Source of the DNA: Nitrospirota bacterium
GTDB taxonomy: Bacteria; Nitrospirota; Nitrospiria; Nitrospirales; Nitrospiraceae
Assembly: GCA_963701855.1 (NCBI GenBank)
Contig: CAVPBK010000006.1
Coordinates: 672,001-736,000, forward strand
Direction: 5' to 3'
DNA length: 64,000 bases
Of the stretch, positions 19,416 through 28,888 are shown piece after piece; within the stretch, counting starts at the first letter, position 1; the number at the start of each line of letters is the position of its first letter. The notes under the pieces were generated by a model, which had not been told where the DNA came from, did no database searches, and saw nothing but the letters and a program-made list of their open reading frames with translations. The translations under genes and the position numbers were made by a program.

Positions 19416-20432
19416 TCAGCAACCTTTGAACTGCCGTGCCTCACACTGTTGCACGAGTCGCTGGGCTTCTGCTATCTCCCCTGGAGTCAGCCTGCGGGCG
19501 ACAATATCTAGATTTTCTGCTGCTAATTTCTGGTCCTCACCCATCGAGTGAGCTACTGAAAGACTCCACCACATGTATGCCCGCACATAGTTCCGCTGCA
19601 CGCCCCGCCCTAAGCCGTACAGCGTCCCGAGGTTGTTCTGCGCCTTCGCATCCCCCTGCGCGGCGGCTTTCTCAAACCACTGCCTCGCCTCGACGTAATT
19701 CTGTGGCACCCCGTGTCCATCGAGATACAGATTCCCGAGCATTCGCTGCCCCTCTGCGCCCCCCTGGGCTGCCGCTTTCTCATACCATCCTCGTGCTTTC
19801 GCATAGTCCTGCGGCACGCCATTCCCGCCAGATGAATAGATCTCCCCGAGGTTGACCTGCGCTGACGCGATGCCCTGGGCTGCCGACTTCTCGTACCACT
19901 TCGTCGCTTGGGCAAAGTCCTGTGGGACGCCGTGTCCCTGGACATATAGACCCCCGAGGTTGTGCTGTGCCATCGGATGTCCCTGGGCTGCCGCTTTTTC
20001 TAACCATAGCTTCGATTGTCCGTAATCCCGCTGAACGCCATATCCCTTGTAGTGCAGGACTGCGAGGAAGAATTGCGCCTCTGCGTCCCCCTGAGCTGCC
20101 GCTTTCTCATACCATCCTCGTGCTTTCGTATAGTCCTTCGGCACGCCTTCTCCAAAGACATAGAGCGTAGCAAGTTTGAACTGTGCCTTTGGATTGCCTC
20201 GGGCTGCTGCTTTCCCAAACCACACCCGTGCCTTGGCATAGTCCTGCGGGACACCACCTCCTTCGTAATACAGCGACCCGAGCTTGACCTGTGCCTCCGC
20301 ATTCCCTCGGACTGCCTGTGTTTGTAGTGCTCGTAAGCCTTTTGCTGAAATGTCGCTCGGCGGGGAGCCTAACGCATACCCAGAGGGGAGAACGAATGCA
20401 GCGAGGAGAATCATGACGAATACGGCACGCAT
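19416..20432 (-). CDS. Exported Sel1-like repeat protein E (7 repeats)
   Basis: Signal peptide similar to gene A; Sel1 repeats; QQCEARQFKGC. Confidence 0.92.
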   Translation of the reverse strand: MRAVFVMILLAAFVLPSGYALGSPPSDISAKGLRALQTQAVRGNAEAQVKLGSLYYEGGGVPQDYAKARVWFGKAAARGNPKAQFKLATLYVFGEGVPKDYTKARGWYEKAAAQGDAEAQFFLAVLHYKGYGVQRDYGQSKLWLEKAAAQGHPMAQHNLGGLYVQGHGVPQDFAQATKWYEKSAAQGIASAQVNLGEIYSSGGNGVPQDYAKARGWYEKAAAQGGAEGQRMLGNLYLDGHGVPQNYVEARQWFEKAAAQGDAKAQNNLGTLYGLGRGVQRNYVRAYMWWSLSVAHSMGEDQKLAAENLDIVARRLTPGEIAEAQRLVQQCEARQFKGC

Positions 20433-20499
20433 AAACCACTTTCGCCCTAGTGCCTTGGACCGTCAAGGAATAACGGATTGTTCGCATTGCTGAGTAGAT
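20433..20499 (-). promoter_or_regulatory. Upstream module U1, second copy
   Basis: TTGACG-17-GAAAGT-5-ATG; matches 16306-16372. Confidence 0.6.
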
Positions 20500-20805
20500 A
20501 CTCAAGCAGAAAACTATGACGTTGCTGTGGGTTCGAGTCGTGTCCTTCCCCACCAGAATAGTGCCCTGTTCGCAGCAGCAAGCTGTCTAAATCATCTACT
20601 GAAGTCTGTCAGAGATAGACCTCGCGTTGGCGATTGGAGCGGCGCGTAGAGGCTCTGCGAAGGGGCTTGAGGATACTGTGCGGTGTGGCAAATGCTAAAG
20701 TATTAGTCAGGACGGGAACGGTGAGAATAATGAATGAGAGTGACACACTCGTTACACACTTACTTTTTATAAATACAAGTCATTGAAATGTAACTTACAA
20801 TATGC

Positions 20806-21612
20806 CTATGCTTTTAGTCCTAACACATCCATCATGTCATACAGGCCTGGTGGCTGCCGAACCACCCATCGAGCGGCACGCAGGGCGCCTCCCGCGAAGG
20901 TATCTCGGCTACTCGCTCGATGCGTCACTTCGATACGTTCACCCATTCCACCGAAGAGGATCGTGTGGTCGCCGACAATGTCTCCGGCACGGATCGTTTG
21001 AATCCCGATCTCACCCTTCTTTCGTTCCCCGATAAGACCTTTTCTGGCATAGACGCCGACCTGATCCAGATCGCGACTCACGGCTTTCGCCAAGACCTCC
21101 GCAATCTTGAGCGCCGTCCCGCTCGGGGCATCTTTTTTTAGGCGATGATGGGCTTCAATCACTTCAATGTCGTAGTCGTCCCCCAGCGTTTTCGCCATCT
21201 CACTAATGACCTTATAGATCAGATTGATACCCACGCTCATGTTGGGGGACAACACGCAGGGAACTTGGCAGGCCAGCGATTTCAGCTCTTCGAGCTGAGG
21301 AGTGGAAAACCCCGTCGTGCCGATTACCATGGCTCGCCGATATTGCGCCGCCGTGCGTAAATGATCCAGGGTCGCTTCAGGAGCGGAGAAGTCGACAACC
21401 ACTTCGCCTCTGTCGAGGAGCGCCGCGAAATCATCGGTGATCGAAATGCCTGCGCGGCCACAGCCCGCTGTTTCCCCGGCATCGTCACCCACGGCGTGAT
21501 GACCCTTCCCTTCAATGGCACCGGTCAACATCAGGGTGGTCGAGTCTTTGATAAGCGCAACCAGACGACAGCCCATGCGACCGGCTGCCCCTGCGACAAT
21601 GACGTTGATCAT
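20806..21612 (-). CDS. dapB: 4-hydroxy-tetrahydrodipicolinate reductase
   Basis: GAAGRMG, IGTTG, EAHHRLKKDAPSGTA, GDIVGDH. Confidence 0.97.
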   Translation of the reverse strand: MINVIVAGAAGRMGCRLVALIKDSTTLMLTGAIEGKGHHAVGDDAGETAGCGRAGISITDDFAALLDRGEVVVDFSAPEATLDHLRTAAQYRRAMVIGTTGFSTPQLEELKSLACQVPCVLSPNMSVGINLIYKVISEMAKTLGDDYDIEVIEAHHRLKKDAPSGTALKIAEVLAKAVSRDLDQVGVYARKGLIGERKKGEIGIQTIRAGDIVGDHTILFGGMGERIEVTHRASSRDTFAGGALRAARWVVRQPPGLYDMMDVLGLKA

Positions 21613-21645
21613 AGAATGAGTACCTGAGCTACGACCGCCTAGGTT

Positions 21646-22518
21646 CTAGACGAGGCCTGCGTCCTTTAAGGCCTTTGCAAGTTGGTTCTTTGTCTCGGTC
21701 GCCATGGCGCAGAGCGGCAGCCGTAACTCCGGATCGATTTTTCCCATCATGCCTAACGCGGTTTTTACCGGAATCGGATTGGTCTCGTAAAAGAGCGCGG
21801 TGAAAAGCGGCGACAATGCGAAGTGAATCCGGCGCGCCTCTTCAATGCGTCCACTCAAGAAGGCCTTGACCAATTGAGCCATCTCGGATGGGACGATATT
21901 TGACGTGACGCTGATGACCCCTTTTCCTCCGACTGCCATCATGGGCAATGTCAGAGCGTCATCGCCGGCAAGGACTGTCATCCGGTCACCACAAGTACTC
22001 GCAATCTCAGAAGCCTGCTGGACTGATCCGCTACCCTCTTTGATTCCGACAATGTTCTGTAATCCACAAAGCCTTGCGACAGTGGACGGCAGCATATTCA
22101 CGCCAGTCCGCCCCGGAATGTTATACAGAATCTGCGGAAGATCCACGGACTCCGCGATTGTTTTGTAATGCCGGTACAATCCCTCTTGTGTCGGCTTGTT
22201 ATAGTACGGCGTAATGAGCAGCGCTCCATCGGCCCCCGCCTGCTTGGCATGTTGCGTGAGTGACACCGCTTCTGCCGTGCTGTTGGAGCCAGCCCCGGCA
22301 ATCACAGGGATGCGCCGATTGACCACCTCGACAGTCAACTCAACCACGCGGTGGTGTTCCTGGTGCGAGAGAGTAGCGGATTCGCCGGTCGTGCCGCAGG
22401 GCACAATCCCGCTCGTCCCGCTGGCAATTTGCCACTCTATAAGGTCGCCGAAGGCCTGCTCGTCGACTTTGCCGTTCCGGAACGGAGTCACAATGGCAAT
22501 CAATGCGCCTGTAAACAT
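21646..22518 (-). CDS. dapA: 4-hydroxy-tetrahydrodipicolinate synthase
   Basis: GTTGESATL, PYYNKP, YNIPGRT, GIKE, NPIPVK. Confidence 0.97.
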   Translation of the reverse strand: MFTGALIAIVTPFRNGKVDEQAFGDLIEWQIASGTSGIVPCGTTGESATLSHQEHHRVVELTVEVVNRRIPVIAGAGSNSTAEAVSLTQHAKQAGADGALLITPYYNKPTQEGLYRHYKTIAESVDLPQILYNIPGRTGVNMLPSTVARLCGLQNIVGIKEGSGSVQQASEIASTCGDRMTVLAGDDALTLPMMAVGGKGVISVTSNIVPSEMAQLVKAFLSGRIEEARRIHFALSPLFTALFYETNPIPVKTALGMMGKIDPELRLPLCAMATETKNQLAKALKDAGLV

Positions 22519-22559
22519 ACTGTCTCCCTCACAGAAAACGCTTCCACTACGCTCGCTTC

Positions 22560-23822
22560 TTACTCAAGAAATGCCGGGATCGTTTCGCCCTTCACCAAGT
22601 CGTCGTATGTCTCTCTAGTCTTGATGACGTGGATCTCCCCGTCCTTGATCAGGACTTCCGGCACCCGCGGTCTTGAATTATAATTGGAAGCCATCACAAA
22701 TCCATAGGCCCCCGCACTCATCACCGCCAGCATGTCACCCGGGTTGACCTCCGGCAGTGACCGGTCCTTCGCCAGAAAATCGCCGGACTCACAGACCGGA
22801 CCCACAACATCCACCTGATGCTTGGGCCGCTGCAGCACCGCCTGTGATAAGGGACGAATCTCGTGATAGGCCCCGTAGAGGCTTGGCCTGATCAGGTCGT
22901 TCATCGCCGCATCGACGATAATAAACCGTTTGGCTTCGCCGTCCTTCCGATACAACACTTTCGTCACAAGAATGCCGGCGTTGCCTACGATGACGCGTCC
23001 CGGTTCCATGATGAGGGTGACATTCAAATCTTTCAGCAACGGCGACACGGCATCCGCCAAATCTTGTGGTAACGGCGGCGTTTCATCCGAGTAGGTAATG
23101 CCGAGGCCGCCACCGATATTCACGTACCGGATGTTGAGGCCCTGATCCTTCAAGGCTCCGACCAGCTTCACCACCTTCTTCACGGCCTCGACGAACGGCG
23201 CGACTTCCGTCAACTGCGACCCAATATGCTTATGAACCCCGACGACATCGATGTTGGCGAGCGAGGAAGCCAGCGTGAATTCTTCGAGAGCCCGATCGGC
23301 AGCGATCCCAAACTTGCTCTTCTTGAGACCTGTCGAAATGTAGGGGTGCGTTTTCGGATCGATGTCGGGATTGATGCGGAGCGCGACTCTCGCCTTGGTC
23401 CCGACGGAGGCGGCCACCTCATTAAGCGCCTGCAGCTCGGCCGAGGACTCGACGTTGAACATGAGTACGTCGGCCTTCAAGGCCTCGCGAATCTCCTCCG
23501 CGCTCTTGCCGACGCCCGCGAAGACGATCTTTGAAGGAGGAACGCCCGCCTTGAGCGCCCGAAAGAGCTCCCCGCCAGACACAATATCCACCCCGCTCCC
23601 CTCCTTGGCCATGAGGCGGAGGATCGCGATATTGGAATTTGCCTTCATAGCGAAGGCAATCACATGGGGGATACTCTTGAAGGCCCCATCATAGACCCGG
23701 TAATGACGAACGAGGGTTGCGTAGCTGTAAACATAACACGGCGTGCCGACCTCCTTCGCGATCCGGCTGACCGGCACCTGCTCGCAATAAAGTTCACCGT
23801 GTCGATACTCAAAGTTATGCAT
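22560..23822 (-). CDS. lysA: Diaminopimelate decarboxylase
   Basis: FAMKAN, HIGSQL, GGGLG, EPGR, GPVCESGD, SNYNSRP; start MHNFEY. Confidence 0.97.
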   Translation of the reverse strand: MHNFEYRHGELYCEQVPVSRIAKEVGTPCYVYSYATLVRHYRVYDGAFKSIPHVIAFAMKANSNIAILRLMAKEGSGVDIVSGGELFRALKAGVPPSKIVFAGVGKSAEEIREALKADVLMFNVESSAELQALNEVAASVGTKARVALRINPDIDPKTHPYISTGLKKSKFGIAADRALEEFTLASSLANIDVVGVHKHIGSQLTEVAPFVEAVKKVVKLVGALKDQGLNIRYVNIGGGLGITYSDETPPLPQDLADAVSPLLKDLNVTLIMEPGRVIVGNAGILVTKVLYRKDGEAKRFIIVDAAMNDLIRPSLYGAYHEIRPLSQAVLQRPKHQVDVVGPVCESGDFLAKDRSLPEVNPGDMLAVMSAGAYGFVMASNYNSRPRVPEVLIKDGEIHVIKTRETYDDLVKGETIPAFLE

Positions 23823-25743
23823 CCTGCAAATCTTCGTTGAGATGCTCGATGCCTGCAAGCGGGAAACCCTGCAATGAGGCCTCGAATGCATCCTTGAATT
23901 TACGATAGCGGACCTTCACATTCGGAATTGCTACCTTCATTGCGTCTGAATCCACCAACGCTTTGAGGGCGTCTGGCGTTGCCAGCTTGAGGTGTTCGAA
24001 GTTGACGATGATGTCCATGCGTGCCTGATTGGCCGCTTCCTTGATCCGCTTAATCAATTCCAAGGCATTCAGACGATCGAGGGTACCGTCAAGATCCACG
24101 AACAACGCGGCAAACTTGTCATGCCGCTTGGCCTTGATCTGGAATATCAATTGTTGTGCCGAGAGCGCGTTCGGATCTAACGCCTGCTTCAGTGCATGCA
24201 GCGCGCTAGGAATCAATTGCTCCTTGTCCAACACCGGAAGCTTCGCTTGGAGATTCTTCAACACCCCCGCGAGCGGCGACAGGGACGCTTTAGGGCAGGT
24301 TCGCTTGACCAACTTCCGAAACTCCCGATTCATCTCCAATCGCGGAATGAGCCGTTGGCTCGTGCCCGACAGCCGCTTCCAGATTGAAGAGATCGAATAG
24401 AACTCATGATTGGCCCAGTGGAAGCCGTCTTGTAGTTGCTCGATCGTCATCCGGCTCGGCTGGAACACCACGTGCTTGCCGTCGTACTTTGCCCAGTCCT
24501 TATCGAAGATACGACCGGCCTTTTCTAAGCGGTCGAACAACTGCGTTCCAGGCAGAGGTGTCAACACGTTAAAGTACGCCAATTCCACCTGGTTCTTTGT
24601 CAAGAAATCGACGGCCCGTTCAAACACGGTCACATCGTCGCTGTCGAATCCGAACACGATCCCGGGATTCACCATGATCCCGTAATCATGGAACATCTTG
24701 ATCTCCTTGGCGAACTTCAGAACCCTGTTAAATGGCTTGTTCGTTTCATCCAATGCATCTTCATCAAGCGATTCCATCCCGACGAAGACCGACACGCAGC
24801 CGCTCTCGGCCGCAAGCTTGACCATCTCCTCGTCGTCGGCGAGGAACATCGTGGATTGGCAGCCCCATTTAATCTTGAGCGGTTTCAGCGCGGCCCAGAG
24901 CTCACGACAATAGGCCCGGTTGCTGTTGTGCAAGTCATCGACAAACGCGACAATGCTGCCGTCCTCGATCCCCACCCGAATACGAAGCGCGGTGACAAAG
25001 GCGTTCCACATCGGCTCGTCGCGCAAACGCTCGACCAACTCACTGCGAATCCATCGTTGAACATTCCGAAGCTCCGTGACCACTTCCTTCACTGGCCTGC
25101 GCCGCGTGGTCTTTCCGTTAAACGGGGACACGCTACAGAACTCGCAGTCGAAATGGCATCCGCGGGTCGTGAAACTACACTGTCTCGTCATGTACGAGTC
25201 GGGGCTTAGCAGCTCGACACGAGGACTTTTGTAATTCTCCAGAGAGGGGAACGATGTCATCTTATACATGCGCTGCATCTTCCCAGCCTCATAGTCCGCA
25301 ACCAACTGCGGCCAGAGATCCTCGGCTTCTCCACAGACAATCGCGTCGGCATATCGAAGCGCCTCGTCAGGGCAGTAGGTGGGATGGACGCCCCCCATGA
25401 CGATTGTCTTGCCTCGCTTGCGAAATTCCGTTGCGATCTCGTAAGCGCGCGGAGCATAGGTGGTCATGATGGAGAGGCCGACCATGTCACAGGGATAGTC
25501 GAAGTCGATATCTTGAACCGCTTCATCAACCAGACTTACCTCCCAGTTCGCCGGCGTGTATGCGGCGATCACCGGCAAGCTCAGCTTGGGAAACCATACC
25601 GCGCGACGCTCCGAAGCAGTCAACCGATAGGGGTTATTGCGCGGGTAGGGATCGACCAGCAACAGCCGTTTGCCTGATGCGTGCTTGATCGTTGTCGCCG
25701 GCCCAATGATCTGAGTCTGCCGAACTGGCTGAATAAGCTCCAT
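23815..25743 (-). CDS. Cobalamin-binding radical SAM protein with C-terminal STAS-like domain
   Basis: B12-binding region (MGGVHPT, GEAE), RGCHFDCEFC, TPLPGT; tail VDLDGTLDRLNA...IIVNFEHL; GAGGAGGG RBS. Confidence 0.85.
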   Translation of the reverse strand: MELIQPVRQTQIIGPATTIKHASGKRLLLVDPYPRNNPYRLTASERRAVWFPKLSLPVIAAYTPANWEVSLVDEAVQDIDFDYPCDMVGLSIMTTYAPRAYEIATEFRKRGKTIVMGGVHPTYCPDEALRYADAIVCGEAEDLWPQLVADYEAGKMQRMYKMTSFPSLENYKSPRVELLSPDSYMTRQCSFTTRGCHFDCEFCSVSPFNGKTTRRRPVKEVVTELRNVQRWIRSELVERLRDEPMWNAFVTALRIRVGIEDGSIVAFVDDLHNSNRAYCRELWAALKPLKIKWGCQSTMFLADDEEMVKLAAESGCVSVFVGMESLDEDALDETNKPFNRVLKFAKEIKMFHDYGIMVNPGIVFGFDSDDVTVFERAVDFLTKNQVELAYFNVLTPLPGTQLFDRLEKAGRIFDKDWAKYDGKHVVFQPSRMTIEQLQDGFHWANHEFYSISSIWKRLSGTSQRLIPRLEMNREFRKLVKRTCPKASLSPLAGVLKNLQAKLPVLDKEQLIPSALHALKQALDPNALSAQQLIFQIKAKRHDKFAALFVDLDGTLDRLNALELIKRIKEAANQARMDIIVNFEHLKLATPDALKALVDSDAMKVAIPNVKVRYRKFKDAFEASLQGFPLAGIEHLNEDLQDA

Positions 25744-25805
25744 GAATTGACCCTCCTCACCTCAATCCAGCTGAGATTGTCAATACATTCGTTGAAATGT
25801 TCTAC

Positions 25806-25937
25806 GGTGTGCTGGTGATCGTCTCACGCCGTCCCTTCGACCGCGCTCAGGACGTGAATTTTCGTCGGAGCGAGCTCGCGACTCCGCGTACTCGGCCTCA
25901 ATAGGGGCAAGACCCCTACGCCCTTCCGGCACAACCA
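25806..25937. ncRNA. Candidate structured RNA in the 5' leader of the radical SAM gene
   Basis: Closing stem GGTGTGCTGG/CCGGCACAACC enclosing hairpins CGTCC/GGACG, CGGAG/CTCCG and TAGGGG/CCCCTA. Confidence 0.4.
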
Positions 25938-26001
25938 TTCAAACAGCTTGATAGTATAGCTTTATCAGGCCACATAGGTCCAGCAAATGACGGCCTCAAC
26001 A

Positions 26002-26268
26002 TTACCGGGTTCCCACCGGTTGCAACGAGGGGAGATCCACATCTTGCTCCTGCAACATTACGTCCGGTTGTGGTTCGGTTGATTCGTCTGCCGCGGCGGC
26101 CGCTTGCTTCTTCTTTTCGAGCGCCTCCAATTTCTTTTGCCGCTCAATGGTCGGAGTCACACCGACCATTTCAGGAGGAATCGGCGACCCCACGACCCCG
26201 CAGGCCACCAACGTACCCATCGTCACACCCGCCACGACAGACATCGCCTTCGGCCTCCGCACCGTCAT
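26002..26268 (-). CDS. Small putative lipoprotein
   Basis: LVACGVVGSPIPP lipobox; overlaps argH stop. Confidence 0.65.
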   Translation of the reverse strand: MTVRRPKAMSVVAGVTMGTLVACGVVGSPIPPEMVGVTPTIERQKKLEALEKKKQAAAAADESTEPQPDVMLQEQDVDLPSLQPVGTR

Positions 26269-27677
26269 GAGAACATCCGCTCAAGTTCTTTAATGCGCTG
26301 TTCCACTCTCGCTCGGGCAGTTCCGCCGATCTGAGACTTCCGATCGATGGCGGCAGTGACCGTCAACCGAGCGAACAGGCTCTTCTCAATTCGCTCGGAA
26401 AATGTCCGCAGCTCCTCGAGCGAGAAGCCCGTGAGTTCACGGTCTTGATCCAATGCGGCCCGCACCAATCGACCCGTGATCGCGTGCGCTTCGCGAAACG
26501 GTACCCCTCGGGTCACAAGATAGTCCGCCACCTCTGTGGCCAATATTCCGCCGCCCTGAACTGCCTGTTTGAGAACATCCCGGTTCACGGTGAGTCGACG
26601 CATCAGTTCCGTCAAGATTTCTACCGATGCGGTGACCGTATCGAGGGCATCGAAAAGCGCCGGCTTATCTTCCTGAAGATCTCGATTATAACTCAAGGGG
26701 AGAGCCTTGAGCATCGTCAACAGATTGATCAAATGGCCATAGACCCGCCCTGTCTTACCTCGCACCAATTCCGGCACATCGGGATTTTTCTTCTGCGGCA
26801 TCATGCTGCTACCGGTACAGAAGGCATCGGGAAGCTCGACGAATTGGAACTCCTGGGACGACCAGAGAATTAATTCTTCGCTAAGCCGAGACAGGTGCAT
26901 CATCGTAATCGACAGCGCCGAGGCCACCTCGATCATGAAATCTCTATCGGACACAGCATCGAGACTGTTTTGCGTCACGGAAGGGAAACCCAGCAGCCCG
27001 GCGGTGAACCGGCGATCGACTGGGTAGTTCGTCCCCGCGAGCGCGCCGGACCCCAACGGCATGACATTCAAACGCACCGATGCATCGCGAAATCGCCCCT
27101 TGTCCCGCTCGATCATTTCCACATAGGCCAAAAGATGATGCGCCAACAGCACCGGCTGGGCGCGCTGGAGATGTGTATAGCCCGGCATGGCGACCGTTCG
27201 ATTCGCCTTCCCCTTCGCCACCAAGACTCGCTGAAATTTTACCAAATGCGCCACGAGCTGACTGAGGTGATCCCGCAAATAGAGCCGGACATCCAGCGCG
27301 ACCTGGTCGTTCCGACTCCGGCCCGTGTGCACCTTGCCGCCGAGCGGACCGATCAGTTCGGTCAGCCGACGCTCAATCGACATGTGAATGTCTTCATCCT
27401 GAGGGGTGAAACGAAAGCGGCCACGATCCAGTTCCGTCTTCACCGATTCCAGGCCCCGCACGATCGTCCTGGTTTCAGAGGCGGTCAACACACGCGCCTT
27501 CCCCAACGTCTTGCAATGGGCGATGCTGCCCTGAATGTCATAGGCATAGAGCCGGCGATCGACCGCCACCGATACGGTGAACGATTCCACCAACCGGTTC
27601 GTCTTGTGTCTGAACCGCCCGCCCCACGCTTTTCCGCCTTCCGACGCGGCAGCGCTGCGGCCAGTAGCTCGTGCCAT
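26265..27677 (-). CDS. argH: Argininosuccinate lyase
   Basis: WGGRF, HTGRSRNDQV, GYTHLQRAQP, GSSMMPQKKNPD. Confidence 0.97.
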   Translation of the reverse strand: MARATGRSAAASEGGKAWGGRFRHKTNRLVESFTVSVAVDRRLYAYDIQGSIAHCKTLGKARVLTASETRTIVRGLESVKTELDRGRFRFTPQDEDIHMSIERRLTELIGPLGGKVHTGRSRNDQVALDVRLYLRDHLSQLVAHLVKFQRVLVAKGKANRTVAMPGYTHLQRAQPVLLAHHLLAYVEMIERDKGRFRDASVRLNVMPLGSGALAGTNYPVDRRFTAGLLGFPSVTQNSLDAVSDRDFMIEVASALSITMMHLSRLSEELILWSSQEFQFVELPDAFCTGSSMMPQKKNPDVPELVRGKTGRVYGHLINLLTMLKALPLSYNRDLQEDKPALFDALDTVTASVEILTELMRRLTVNRDVLKQAVQGGGILATEVADYLVTRGVPFREAHAITGRLVRAALDQDRELTGFSLEELRTFSERIEKSLFARLTVTAAIDRKSQIGGTARARVEQRIKELERMFS

Positions 27678-28888
27678 TAGGAGGAGGCCTTCTTTCTTTG
27701 GGCTCTGATTTTCAGCCGCAACGCGTTCAACCGAATGAAACCCTCGGCATCTTTCTGGTTATAGACTTCGTCCTCTTCAAACGTGGCGATATCGAGACGA
27801 TAGAGCGAATTCTTCGACTTGCGCCCGGCCAACGTGCAACTCCCCTTATAGAGCTTCACCCGAGCCGTGCCGGTCACATCCTTCTGTGCCGCATCGATCG
27901 AGGCCTGGATCACCTCTCGCTCTGGGCTGAACCAATAACCGTTGTATATCAGCTCGGCGAAACGTGGGATCAAACTGTCCCTGAAGTGCAGCACCTCGCG
28001 ATCCATCGTCAACGATTCGAGTCCGCGATGCGCCACATGGAGGATCGTCCCGCCCGGAGTTTCATAGACCCCGCGAGATTTCATCCCAACGTAACGATTC
28101 TCCACCAGATCGACACGTCCGATTCCATGCGCGCCACCCAGCTTGTTGAGGTGCGCCAACAGCGTCGCCGGGCTCATCTTCTTGCCGTCGACGGCCACCG
28201 GATTACCCGCCTCGTAGCCAATCTCGACTTCGAGCGGCTTGTTCGGCGCCTGCTCCGGCGACACCGTCATTTGAAATATTTCATCCGGCGGCGACTCCCA
28301 AGGATCTTCGAGAATACCGCCCTCATAACTCACATGGAACAAATTCAGATCCATGCTATAGGGCTTGGCTTTCGTCGCCGTCACGGGAATGCCGTGCCGA
28401 TCGGCATACTCAATCAATTCGCGCCGCGACCGCATCGTCCATTCACGCCAAGGCGCGATGATCTTGAGATTCGGCGCCAGTGCCGTATAGGTCAACTCAA
28501 ACCGCACTTGATCGTTGCCCTTTCCGGTTGAACCATGCGACACCGCCTCGGCGCCTTCTTTGAGCGCGATCTCAGCCTGACGCCGCGCGATGAGGGGCCG
28601 CGCAATCGAGGTTCCGAGCAGATAACAGCCTTCGTATACGGCGTTGCCTCGCAACATCGGAAAGACATAGTCCTTCACAAAGGTCTCGCGCAGATCCTCG
28701 ACATAGACCTTTTTCACGCCGAGCTTTTGCGCCTTTGCCTTGATTGCTTGCAGATCTTCGCCTTGTCCAAGATCGGCGCAGAATGCGATAACCTCACAGT
28801 CATAGGTTTCCTGTAACCACTTCAAAATCACGGACGTATCGAGTCCGCCTGAATAGGCAAGCACCACTTTCTTGATGACACGACTCAT
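27677..28888 (-). CDS. argG: Argininosuccinate synthase
   Basis: [31 protein letters not shown]. Confidence 0.97.
   Translation of the reverse strand: MSRVIKKVVLAYSGGLDTSVILKWLQETYDCEVIAFCADLGQGEDLQAIKAKAQKLGVKKVYVEDLRETFVKDYVFPMLRGNAVYEGCYLLGTSIARPLIARRQAEIALKEGAEAVSHGSTGKGNDQVRFELTYTALAPNLKIIAPWREWTMRSRRELIEYADRHGIPVTATKAKPYSMDLNLFHVSYEGGILEDPWESPPDEIFQMTVSPEQAPNKPLEVEIGYEAGNPVAVDGKKMSPATLLAHLNKLGGAHGIGRVDLVENRYVGMKSRGVYETPGGTILHVAHRGLESLTMDREVLHFRDSLIPRFAELIYNGYWFSPEREVIQASIDAAQKDVTGTARVKLYKGSCTLAGRKSKNSLYRLDIATFEEDEVYNQKDAEGFIRLNALRLKIRAQRKKASS

Noticed and set aside
14530..20432. Diversity-generating retroelement acting on the Sel1 genes
   Set aside because: No reverse transcriptase and no template/variable repeat pair with adenine-specific differences seen
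14631..20553. Long antisense and alternative-frame ORFs over the Sel1 genes
   Set aside because: Shadows of a GC-rich repetitive coding sequence
20780..20812. dif-like site near the dapB stop
   Set aside because: Only partial match (GCATA, TGTA, TTA); the XerD arm is too divergent
26895..28531. Long plus-strand ORFs opposite argH and argG
   Set aside because: Antisense shadows of conserved genes
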